A DNA stretch of 64,000 bases, taken from positions 77,564,001 through 77,628,000 of the forward strand of contig NC_086097.1 in NCBI RefSeq assembly GCF_963921235.1, written 5' to 3'. This DNA is from Mobula hypostoma (taxonomy: Eukaryota). This document shows, in pieces, positions 50,520 through 62,330 of this stretch; within the stretch, counting starts at the first letter, position 1, and each line of letters starts with the position of its first letter. The position numbers and the translations under genes were made by a program. The notes beneath the pieces are model-generated. The model saw only the letters and a list, made by a program, of their open reading frames with translations, was not told the origin of the DNA and searched no databases.

Positions 50520-51070
50520 GCTGGGCCTGTGACGCAACAGTTAGAGCTGCTGTGTCATAGTTCCAGGGACCCATGTTTGATCCTGACCTCAGGTGCTGTC
50601 TTTGTGCATGTCTCCCCTGTGACCTTGAGCAGCACATGTAAAACGTTCGAGAAACTCAACAGGTTCAACAGGATCTACTGAAGGAAATAAACAGTTGATA
50701 TTTTGGCCCAGGACCCTAAACCAGGTCTCTTCATGAAGGGCCTCGGCCTGAAATACTAATTGTTTATTTCTCCCCCGTAGATGCTGCTTGACTTGCTGAG
50801 ATCGTCCAGCATTTTATGTGTGTTGCTCAAGATTTCCAGCATCTACAGAATCTCTTGTCTCCCTATAACTTGGTAGGTTTCCTCTGAGTGTCTGGACCCT
50901 TGGCAAAGACATACTGTTTGTAGATTAATTAGCTTCAGTGCATGAGCCTTAGAGTAGGTGTATTACATGAGAATTGGTGTGCTGCTGAAGTTGATGGTGA
51001 TGCATGAGAATTAAAATAGGATTAACATAGGACACGATGGGCTGAGTGGCTTGTTTCCTCACTTGATCAC
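50520..51070 (+). mobile_element. V-SINE/HE1-type SINE split by a miniature Penelope palindrome
   Basis: tRNA-derived head (gttagagctgctg...cagggaccc.tgtttgatcctgacctc.ggtgctgtct); the body resumes at about 50856. Confidence 0.7.
50628..50855. mobile_element. Miniature (about 230 bp) palindromic Penelope derivative: two inverted hammerhead-containing termini, no ORF
   Basis: Arms pair (gatctactgaaggaaataaacagttgatattttggcc versus ggcctgaaatactaattgtttatttctcccccgtagatg). Flanking near-duplication tgtctcccctgtgaccttg / tgtctccctataacttgg. Confidence 0.75.
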
Positions 51071-51444
51071 TATGACGTTAAAAGTCACCTCTCTACTTGA
51101 GCACGCTGGGTGGGTGGGGGGTGGTGTTGAGTGTATAAAGTTATCACTGGCTAGACATCTCTTTCTGTGCAAAAAACTTGCTGAAAGGCAGTTCTCAACA
51201 ACAGGGATCAGGGTAAAAGGAGGGACAGGTAGGATAGCTTCAGCCTGTCAAACCCTACTGTCTCAGCTATACTGTCCATCAGTAGGGGATCTAAAACAAC
51301 TGGCTAACACAGCAGTGCACATGATCAAATCAATGGCAGGGAACAGGAACACTACTGCATCTCAATTGCATGGCACTTACGTACCTGGTCATAGAAGTCA
51401 GGGACTTTAACTGTTTCTTCCAAAGGAGAAACACATATGGGTTA

Positions 51445-51540
51445 TGGGTAAGCCTAGTAATTTCAAAGGTAGAGACATGTTCGGCACAACTTTGTGGGCC
51501 GAAGGGCCTGTATTGTGCTGTAGGTTTTCAATGTTTCTAA
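51445..51540 (+). mobile_element. Short CR1 3' tail
   Basis: tgtgggccgaagggcctgtattgtgctgtaggttttc.atgtttcta. Confidence 0.7.
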
Positions 51541-51867
51541 AACAAATATGCATGGATTAGATCAACAGGGGGAGTTACTAGGCATAGAGAACACTGATTA
51601 AAATGATATACATTAATTACCTAGGGGATATCTTGAAGTTAGTGAAAATTCAAATTAGCAGAGACGGGGATGAGTTTCCTTGGTAATTTATAGAACCATA
51701 ATGGAGATTGTAAATTGGTTCAAGAACTCACAAATATATCAGGATACCATAGAATCAGAGTCCCTTGGGAGGGAGTTTGTAAGCTCCATTAAGTTGGAAG
51801 GGAGTGTGTAATTATATAGATATTGGTTCAAAGTTTAAATTGAGTGAAGAATGTAGAGAATGGGATC

Positions 51868-52344
51868 ACAAGCATGAAAATATCTGCAGATGCTGGAAAT
51901 CCAAGCAATACACACGAAATACTGGAGGAACTCAGCAGGCCAGGCAGCATCTAGGCTTCCTCTACTGCCACAATGAGGCCACACTCAGGTTGGAGGAGAA
52001 ACACCTTATATTCTGTCTGGATCGCTCCAACCTGATGGCATGAACATCAATTTCTCCAACCTTCAGTAATTGTCCCTCCCCTCCCCTTCATCATTCTCCA
52101 GCCCTTTATATCTTCCACCAATCAACTTCCCAGCTCTTACTTCACCCCTTTCCCTCTCCTAGTTTCACCTATCACCTGCCAGCTTGTACTTTGTCCTTCC
52201 TTCCCCCACCTCCTTCTTGCTGGGACTTCTCCGCTTCCTTTCCAGTCGTGACAAAGGGTCTTGGCCAAACATGTCATCTGTTTACTCTTTTCCATAGATG
52301 CTGCCTGGCCTCCTGAGATTCTCCAGCATTTTGTGCATGTTGCT
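51868..52344. mobile_element. Short fold-back Penelope derivative: inverted terminus, last codons of GIY-YIG, 3' terminus
   Basis: 51868-51953 is the reverse complement of the tail. Then GFLYCHNEATLRLEEKHLIF, a pyrimidine-rich UTR and a degenerate hammerhead at about 52243-80. Confidence 0.8.
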
Positions 52345-53950
52345 GAGGAAGGGAATGGGGTTGGGGTGGGATAGGGTGGAGAGAAAATTAACCTCGTAAA
52401 GTGTTTGTTTACCTTTCACGTTGGTGTCCCATTTCCAATGGTGTATGACATTGATGTTAAAAAAACAAGTTACTACTTCTTGATGAAAGTGTAAAAGCTA
52501 TTTGAGACAATGAGCCAAACATCCCTGATGTCACTGATGAATGGCCTTAAATAACATTGGCACTGGCAGGGCACTTGCAAAAATTTTTCCACTTTTCTTT
52601 GAATTATCCAAAAGGACAGTCCTTGGATAATTCAAAGTCCTTTAAAAGATGGCACCAATGATAATGCTCATTCAAGTGCTCTCCAGTCTCTGTAGCTGGC
52701 TTGAATCCATGACCTTGTGACACAAAAGAGCCAAGGATGACAACAGTAGGTAAAGTATGGAACCAATCTTTCAGAAAGCAGAAAATGATAATGGGTTAGA
52801 AAATAAACTGTTTGGCTTCCCATCTTGATCACTATTTTAAGTAATAGCCCATGTTTGTGAACTTAAGCCAAGGAAAAACATGCTAAGTGGCTTCACAACT
52901 CTTGAAGCCCGAGGTACAGTCATTCATTTTGGAATAATGAGTAAGGAATATTTCAGCAGAACTGAATGTACTGGCAGCTGTGAGACACTTCCTGCAACAA
53001 GTAAAACAGACATTGAAATCCATTTGCACGACTGGCTTCTGTAAACCTACAACCACAGTGCACCAAGATCTGAATGCTCTATAAACCACAGCAAGAATTT
53101 ATTTTCAAAACATTAAATAAATTGCATTCTTATTCCTTTGTTTTTCATTTTTCTTGCTGCAGAACAAGAAAGAACAGAAGCTTTTCTTTTCCAATTCTGC
53201 TACCCATCTTTACTTTCTGAATCTTGCCCATGTTTTTCCTTAGACAGTTTCCAATAAACAATTTTAATGCAAAATAAAATTGAATTCAAAGTAATAATCC
53301 AGCTTTTACATTCTCATGATTTAAACTAAAAAAAATGGATGCATCAATATTTTATGTCAGTAAAAGCACTTATCCAATATTTAAAGAATTAGAGCAATTT
53401 TTATGCGTAGATATGCTAAAAAGAGAGTAACAATTCAGTTTGGAAAATTTTTGACCAATCCATTGATTATTAAGTCTTTCGAACAGATTAAAAGTATGCT
53501 AATTATTTAAAGCAAGAGAGGGAAGAAGTAGGGGATAAAGAGATTGTATTGATTGCAACAGATAGGGATATCTGCTTAGCATTCCACCATATATAAATCA
53601 CTCAGTGAAAAGAATCAAGACTTGTCTGTCCAAATCGACAGAAAGAATTCAGAATTATCAATCCAAACCTATAGATGACACTAAGTTAACAAATGGAGTG
53701 ACCTACGTAGTAAGTTACAGAAGGGTCAAAGACAGAGCAAAATTGGGGCAAGTGGTGTGCATTGTGGGAGAATTACGAGGTCATCCACTTTGCAACATTG
53801 AAAGATAATTTATAATACTTTTTTCTTGCCAAAAGATTAGGAGCTCTGGGGGGGGATAAAGTAATTTATGAATGCAGAAAACACTAGCTGATCAGTATTA
53901 AATAAACATAATGTATATTATATTACAAAAGTATTAAATAAACATAATCA

Positions 53951-54077
53951 AACAACATACATCAAAGTTGCTGGTGAACGCAGCAGGCCAAGCAGCATCT
54001 ATAGGAAGAGGCGCAGTCGACGTTTCAGGCCGAGACCCTTCGTCAGGACTAACTGAAGGAAGAGTGAGTAAGGGATT
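53951..54077 (-). mobile_element. Solitary young Penelope 3' terminus (about 125 bp)
   Basis: Near-identical to 3220-3336. Confidence 0.9.
54015..54050 (-). ncRNA. Intact minimal hammerhead ribozyme motif
   Basis: Reverse complement: agtc-CTGACGA-agg gtctcgg cct-GAAA-CGTC-gact. Confidence 0.8.
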
Positions 54078-55819
54078 CATGAAAGTTTATTGTTTATCTC
54101 ACGATGATTAGCTGTGAAAGCTGGAACTGATGCTTTGGCTGCTTAAGGCCTTAGTTAGATCAACTCTGGATAACTTTCAGTTTTTGGCACTAAAGATGCT
54201 GGAGGATTTGGGTTTGGGCCAGCACAAATTTCTAGAGCAGTATCAGAGCTTACAGAGTTAAAATTTGGGAATGGGCTGGAGACACTTGGCCGATGTTTGG
54301 CTGAGTTTATTAAGTAGCGTGGAAATTTAACTGAAGTCGCCAAAATGGTAAATGAATTCAAAAAGGGGATGTGAAAAAGCTATTTCCTGTGGTGAATGAA
54401 TCCAAAACATGAAGATCATTCTCATTAAAGTTAGGATTGACCAAAGAAGGCACTTTTCCACAGAAATGAGAGTGAAAATAGTGTGCTATACATATGGGGT
54501 AAATGGATTGTTTTTCAAGAGTAGAATTGGCCCTGCTTTATAAGCTGAGGGTTTTAAGGGAAGCACGTCAAAAATAAGTAAGCACAATTGAGACTTAGAT
54601 CAGATTAATTAATCTGATTATGGAATAGGCTCAAGGCATTGAATAAGCTACTTCTGTTCCAAATAGGCTTTCAAAAGGAAGGCTTCAATAATAAAATCTA
54701 AGAATATGATCATGATAGATTTGAGAGTGCTTTCTCACTGACACTTAATTCCATTTCACAATGGGCCACTTGCATGCTGAAATTCACATTTTATTTCACT
54801 CTCTATAGTCCAGTGGCACCAAATTATTTTCACAGCCTCATAATCTTTGGCCCTTGGAAGAAAAATCATTTAACTATCACATTGTCTGATTGGTGGATGG
54901 TATTATAATATGGTATAATCATTTCTCAAAGAAACAAGACCATGTATGCTGCATTTTCCTGGTTATGAGCTATTTGGTAAAAGAGAGGATAGCCATGGGT
55001 ATAGAAGTATATCAGAGATATATCATGCTTCACCTACCTTGCGATCAAACTGGCCCCACTGCCTCTGTTTCCTTGTGGCAGCCCCAAATCCAATTTAATC
55101 TTTTTTTGGCCTTGTGACTGCCAACCACTGAGGTGGTATTGGCAAAGGTTTCAATGTTATTGATAATCTGAGAATCCTGAAAATTGTTTTATTTGATGAA
55201 AATAACTAAAAGCAAATTAAATGTAATGCAATAAATATTGTTTATCTTTCATTGTTTCAATACACAAAAGGGCTTTAAAATAATGAAAATTAAAGAATAA
55301 ACAGCTAAATCTATGCTCTGGTCAGGACAGTATTGACTCCACACATGTAGCACTTCAAAGACCTACAGTTCAGCTGATGGGATGTATTCTGCTGCATCAA
55401 CATGTTGTTGGTATACAGCTATAAAAGGATCCTCATAGAAAGGTTTGCATGATACATTGATCCTGTAGCAGTCCATGCTCTCAAACTCTCTTTGTAACTG
55501 GAAGCAGAGTTGGTTGTTTGGAGACAAAGCTTGGCCTCCAACCCTGGCTGACGTAAACATTCCAGAAGCTTAAGTAATCAGGTTGAAAGTGAGAAGAAGG
55601 TTTTCTCTGTGAGTCACTGGCATCCTGAAGAGGCATTGACAGATCCAGCTCACTAAGTAGAGGCTCCAGAAGGTTAGTGATACACTGCATTTGCAAATCA
55701 CAACCAACAGTGAGACTTGGGCCTGCAGAGGAACAAGGTTCGGAGCTCAGAGCTTCCAAGGATCTCCAACCAAGAACAGTAGGACAAAGAACAGGAGGAG
55801 GTGGAAGGCGGTTTAAATG

Positions 55820-55935
55820 ATGAGCCCAAAACGTTGACTGTACCCTTTTTCATAAGTGCTGCCTGGCCTGCTGAGTTCCTCCAGCATTTTGTGTGTATTG
55901 CTTGGATTTCCAACAACTGCAGATTTTCTCTTGTT
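55820..55935 (+). mobile_element. Penelope 3' terminus fragment
   Basis: gcccaaaacgttgactg...tgctgcctggcctgctgagttcctccagcattttgtgtg. Confidence 0.7.
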
Positions 55936-56691
55936 TGAAGAAGGTAACTGAAGTGGTTGGAGTGAAATGCACCTCAGGATGCACACATTTTTCCCTCTCC
56001 ACTTTGGTCTCAAAGCTTTTTGCTATGGCCATACAGGGGTTAAACCTGCGAAGTTGGTTAACTTTGAGGACCCCACTCCACCAGTCTCATTATTGTACAT
56101 AAGTGGCCAAGTAAGGTAGTGGGATCTGTGATTACTTGCCCAATTGTGGGCAGAAAAATTGGCCAAGATTTCACAACCCAGACCACCCACTTTTTGAAGG
56201 TTAATTCCCACCACTCCTCGTCTTGAATAAAATATTTCTCTTTAAGTAATACATAACAGCAAACACAGTATGGTATAAATAGCCAACTTTACTGAGGAAG
56301 TGGTGGTATCAAAAGTATATTATTTTGAAATTTTCTATGAAAACACCGGGGAAGAGTAATGCATGGGCACAGGATGAACTACTGTGATCCAAACTAAGGG
56401 GACAGTGGAAGACTATTGCAATGGCTGAAATATCAGGTTCACAGAGCCAACCTCAACATATTAGTTACTGCCACCCCTTGAATTTTCTGCTTACAGAACA
56501 AGCAAAGGATAATTTTTCTTTCAGTGGACAGGAAACTAATTCAAGCCAACAGATGCTGGTTTAGCAGTGGAGGAGAATCTGGGGGTACACAAGGTTACAT
56601 GAACCTCAGTCTGAACAGTCAGTATAGAAGGGATATGGTTATATACCAATAAATTTCTGCTGTATAGGTTTCATGCATACTAAAAGAACAT

Positions 56692-57385
56692 ATCAGAATC
56701 AGAATTAGGTTTATTATCACTGGCATGTGTCGAGAAATTTGTTAACTTAGCAGCAGCAGTTCAATGCAATACATAATTTAGAAGAGGAGGGAAATAATAA
56801 TAATAATAAAGAAATTACAGTGTATGTATATTGAACAGATTAAAAATTGTGCAAAAACACAGAAATAATATATATTAAAAAAATGAGGTAGCGTTCTTAG
56901 GAATCCAATGACAGAGGGTAAGAAGCTGTTCCTGAATCGCTGAGTGTGTGCCCTCAGGCTTCTGTACCTCCTACCTGATGGTAACAGTGAGAAAAGGGCA
57001 CGCACTGGGTGCTAGAGGTCCTTAATAATGGACACTGCCCTTCTGAGACACCGCTTCTTGAAGATGTCCTGAGTACTTTGTAAGCTAGTACTCAAGATGG
57101 AGCCGACTAAATTTACAACCCTCTGCAGCTTCTTTTGGTCCTGTGCAGTAACCCCCCACCCCATACCAGACAGTGATGGAGCCTGTCAGAATGCTCTCCA
57201 TGGTCCATCTACAGAAGTTTTTCAGTGCATTTGTTGACATAACAAATCGCTTCAAACTCCTAATGAAGTATAGACGCTGTCTTGCTTTCTTTATAACTGC
57301 CTCGATATGTTGGGACCAGGTTAAGTCCTCACAGATCTTGACACCTGGGAACTTGAAACTGCTGATCCCTCTATGAGGATCGGTA
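56692..57385 (-). mobile_element. Rex1/Babar-type LINE 3' fragment
   Basis: [38 protein letters not shown] and LFSLLPSGRRYRSL; (ATTCTG)n tail. Confidence 0.88.
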
Positions 57386-57884
57386 TAGTAAGTAACTGTA
57401 GCCTGAACAGATATCAAAAGCATGTAGGAAGGACCACTGCGGTCCAGTAGATCCTGTGTAAATTCTGAGATCACGACCTTTGAACATTCTTTTACTTAAC
57501 TGATCAAAAGTTATGCTGGCAGAATAAAAACGAATGCAAATTTCATCAGCAATTTCTGGCTTCACAAAGGGATGAAGCCTGATGTGTAAGAAGTGGTCTG
57601 TGTTCTTCCTGAAAAATGAACCTTTTTCCTCAAAGGACCATCTGATAATAGACAGGGGGTCTTTGTTAAGCAGAGGTTGAATATAAGGCTCATTCTCTCT
57701 CTTATCCTTCAGTAGTCAAGTTGACGATGACTTGGAGCTCAATGACCGAGCATGTGCAAGTGCTTTATCTGCGAGTGATCGACTTCTGAGCTGGTGTTAG
57801 TTCTGGCGTGTATCTTGAAAGGATCATGCTTTGAGATAAACTCAAAATATGGGGTATCTTTGCTTACTTATTTTTTCTCAAACA

Positions 57885-58400
57885 GTGCACCAGGATTGGA
57901 GATGACTTATTTCTACTCCAGTTTTCTGAGTTCCAAGGTCAATGTGGGAAACACAGTGTCTTCCATAATGAGATGAGAAGTATCTTGCAGGGCAGTCAAT
58001 TGCTCCAAGCAGAATAATTTGTCATTAGTTCTACAAGAAACATTGTGATGAGAAAAATTGAAACAAGGTTGTGACAATGATGCATCCTTGATACTGGTCT
58101 TCACTGAGGTTCGGTTTGTTGTTCCATTGCTTAGGAACATGCTATCAGGTCGTAAACCCATAATAGATAAAAATTTTAGTGGACAACCAAATTCAATGAG
58201 GTTGCCCCACACTCCCTCCCAGCTGATGGAGTCAAAGACTTCAGAAAAGGTGAGAAAGGCCATGTAAGATGATTTGTACTGCACCCCATATTGTGCTTGA
58301 AGTTGCGCATGGCAAAGATCATATACAGCTCTAAATTACCTGGAGGGACAGGCAACGAGATCAGTATTCCTTCACAGACTAACTTCCACACCAGTGAAGC
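57885..58400 (-). mobile_element. Decayed RTE (BovB-like) RT fragment
   Basis: MIFAMR, YMAF..FSEVFDSISWEGVW..L.EFGCP.KF, VKTSIK motifs. Confidence 0.6.
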
Positions 58401-58444
58401 CATACTCACATTCTGAATAAGTGAGTAACTGAGTATCTGAGTAT

Positions 58445-59694
58445 TGAGCCACAATAGGTCGATGGCAGATGCAATTTCAATGGCTCTCCACACGGCTTTA
58501 GACCACCTGGACAACACAAACACCTATGTCAGGATGCTGTTCATCGACTATAGCTCATACCATCATTCCCACATCCTGTTTGAGAAGTTACAGAACCTGG
58601 GCTTCTGTATCTCCCTCTGCAATTCGATCCTCGACTTCCTGACCAGAAGACCACAATCTGTGTGGATTGGTGATAACATCTCCTCCTCACTGATGATCAA
58701 CACTGGTGCACCTCAGGGGTGTGTGCTTAGCCCACTGCTCTACTCTTTCTATAACCATGACTGTGTGGCTGGGCATAGATCAAATACCATCTATAAATTT
58801 GCTGATGATATAACCATTGTTGGTAGAATCTCAGGTGGTAACGAGAGGGCGTACAGGAGTGAGATATGCCAACTAGTGGAATGGTGCCACAGCAACAACC
58901 TGGCACTCAATGTCATTAAGATGAAAGAGCTGATTGTGGACTTCCAGAAGTGTGAGATGAAGGAAGACATACCAATCCTCATAGAGGGATCAGAAGTGGA
59001 GAGAGTGAGCGGTTTCAAGTTTCTGGGTGTCAAGATTTCTGAGGATCTATGGTCCCAACATATTGATGCAGTCATAAAGAAGGCAAGACAGTGGCTATAT
59101 TTCATTAGGAGTTTGAAGAGAGTTGGTATGTCAACAAATACATTCAAATACTTCTATAGATGTACTGTGGACAGCATTCTGACAGGCTGCATCACTGTCT
59201 GGTATGGAGGGGCTACTGCACAGGACTGAATGAAGCTGCAGAGGGTTGTAAATTTAGTCGGCTCCAGCTTGGGTTCTAGCCTACAAAGTACCCAGGATAT
59301 CTTCAAGGAGTGGTGTCTCAGAAAGGCAGCATCCATTATTAAGGACTTCCAGCACCCAGGGCATGTCCTTTCCTCACTGTTACCATCAGGTAGGAGGTAC
59401 AGACGCCTGAAAGCACACACTCAGTGATTTAGGAACAGCTTCTTCCCCTCTGCCATCCGATTCCTAAATGGACACCGATCCCTTGGACACTATCTCACCT
59501 TTTTTAAAATATATATTATTTCTATTTTTTGCATGATTTTTAATCTATTCAATATACATATACTGTATAAAGTATACTGAATAAGATTTATTTATTTATT
59601 TATATCTATATTATGTATTGCATTGAACTGCTGCTACTAAGTTAACAAATTTCATGTCACATGCCGGTGAGAATAAACCTGATTCTGATTCTGA
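58445..59694 (+). mobile_element. Rex1/Babar-type LINE, RT to 3' tail
   Basis: [51 protein letters not shown]; tail aataaacctgattctgattctga. Confidence 0.92.
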
Positions 59695-60125
59695 CATTCA
59701 GCTGACTCCATTGCGCATGCCACCTCATAGCCAACTCTTAAAATAGATACTCTATTTAGAACTGTGTCACACAAAGAGAATATCAGTAGGAAGGGGGGAA
59801 GTATTCAAGAATGCACACAAAACCTTCAAAATAAACAAAACACAGTGTACCCACTGACTCTAAAAAAATATCTGGTCCATGACTGCCTAAAGTGGCGAAG
59901 GAGCATTTGGGATGCTACTGAATCCATGCATCAGAAGCACAGGTTATATAAATTGTTGGAAGGAGGACACAAAACTTAAATACAGCATCTGGCCACCCAT
60001 TATGGCTCATCCCATTATAGAAGAGCCTGTTTTCCCACATTGGCTTTATCTTTCACCTTGGAATTCAGAAAACTGGAATATAAACAAATCATCTTCAATC
60101 CCAATGCACTGTTTGAGAAGAAGCA
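59695..60125 (+). mobile_element. Decayed RTE 3' end
   Basis: RMP...L.K..LY.EL.H...G.R..FK and L.HD..KWRRSIWD motifs. Confidence 0.5.
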
Positions 60126-60799
60126 AGTGTGCAGAGATACCCCATAGTTTGAGTTTAGTTCAAAGCATGATTCTTCTAAGATACCCATTTAATGTAAGGA
60201 TTACATTGCTTATTTCATCTTTAAGCATGTTTGAAGTTCTTGGAGAATCTCCACGCTCCCATTGGTCATGTTTTTTTGATTTATGTTAATCATTTCAATA
60301 CAAACAGCTTTTCAGAAGAGGTTGAATGCTCCTAAGGAGAAAAAAAGCACTTCATTCAAGCAGCTCCCTTCAAACAGTGGATAGCCTTTCACCGGCTCTG
60401 CCCAGTGTCATGAAGAGTTCACCACGCACATCTTGCCTCAAAATCCTTGCGCTTCTCTTTGTGTACTTCAAATGTTATTTTAACATTATTTATGAACCAG
60501 GGTATTTCATTGGAGTGTATTGTACTCATTTGAAGCCAATATTTCTATTGCAGCAGTCTTGATGATGATGTATCAAATTAAATCCGCATGATAAATTTCC
60601 ATTCAAGTGTATATCTTGGCAATAACTGCTTGCCCACTCCATTTTCTTCATTCTCTGCTTCTGATCACTGTTAGTTTCCCTTTGCCAATTAAGAAGCAGG
60701 CTTAATGCTTAATGAATATAGCATCAAGAGTTCAGAAGGAGGAGTCATAGTCTCAGGACTTGCATCATATCTCCTTGTTAAAAACAAATCTATACTAGA

Positions 60800-61170
60800 C
60801 AAACATACATAAAATGCAGGAGAATCTCAACAGGTCAGGCAGCATCCATGGAAATGAACAAATAGCCAAGACCCTTCTTCAAGACTTACAAACGTAGAAG
60901 GAAGGGGAAAAATGCTAGAATATAAAGGTGGGGTTAGGGAAGAAGGTGATAGGTGAAGCCATGTGGGTGGGAAAGGTAAAGGGCTGGAGGTGAAGGTGTT
61001 GGAATGATAGGAGAGGAGACTGGACCATAAAATAAATGGAAGGGGGAGGTGATAGGCAGCTGAGCAGGAGTAAGAGATCATCTATAGTGAGGAATAGAAG
61101 TGGGAGGTTGGAGGGAAAATGTTTTGCCAGAAGGAGTAGTTGATACTCATGCCAACAGGTTGGAGGCAGC
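60800..61170 (-). mobile_element. Old Penelope 3' fragment
   Basis: Terminus aaaatgc.ggag.a.ctca.caggtcaggcagcatc, a purine-rich UTR complement, and tcatgccaacaggttggaggc (LQP.GM). Confidence 0.7.
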
Positions 61171-62330
61171 AATCTCATTCATTGCAAGCCTCTAATAAGG
61201 ACATGTGGATGAAAGACATATCTTCAGTATTCATTGACCTTAATTTCCATTTTTTTCAACAATAAAAATAGCAGTTAAAGAAAAATTAATGGATTTGAGT
61301 TTTGGAAACATGCAGGCAGTTAAAAAAAAAATTGAACCCATGGTTAATAGTTTCATTTGCATTTCCTGTAAAGGGGCTGAGGTTTTGCATCTGAACATTA
61401 AGACTGGGAAGTTTCCATTCTATCTCTTGGGAGTATAAAGTTTATTGTAGATTCTGCAGAATGTGGTTTCTCCATTCCATTTCTGACTTGATCTCACATT
61501 GAACAGTTGATTCCTTTGTGATTGCAAACTGGGACGTGTCCCTTGGTGGAGAGGAAAGTATTCCTTTCTGTGGCTACCTCGCCCTCTATTGTACAAAAGC
61601 TTGTGGATTGCATTATTTGTTCAGAAATCTCTGGAATGTAGAAAGAAATATTCTCTACTTCAAAACGTTACAAAACCCTGAATGATAAAGCGCATTCCTT
61701 GTCTGAAGCCATTAGCAAGTATCGACATTGGCAACTGACCACTTATTTTGGCAAAGGAGATGAAAGAATGAATCATGAAGATATAGCTCAACAACTAAGT
61801 ACAGACGCACAAAAAAGCACAATCTGCCTTACACAATTACATTGCCATATGAATCATGAAGTATACCATTTCCAACCCACCTGAAGAAATGTAACTTCCT
61901 GCAAAAGATCATTTGTTTTGAAGTTCGAACCAATTTGGGAAAAAAAGGAGAATTTTCTTGCTGATTCCCTGAAACAATCAGAATCAGAAATCACTCTGGT
62001 GTTGATAATTCTCAGCAGTTCAAAAGTTTTCATGTGATAAATTTTGGCCAAACCAATGAGAGGAATCAACTAACCTATTTAGTCTCATGTCTTATTTTAT
62101 GAGCTATTTAAAATCAATAATTAATTGTCTACTTGACAGACCTTTACTGTTAACCGTATGCTTTTGAAATTTTTGCTGCATCATTAACTGGACAAATGTG
62201 GCTTCAGAAAGCAATGTTTTTATTCATCAGCTGCAGAAAGCAGTCAGACTAGCTTCAACCATATTATTTCCATAACAAGAGAAACAGTTGATTTTATCCA
62301 AAGAAGACACAGCCTGTACAGAGTTTATAT

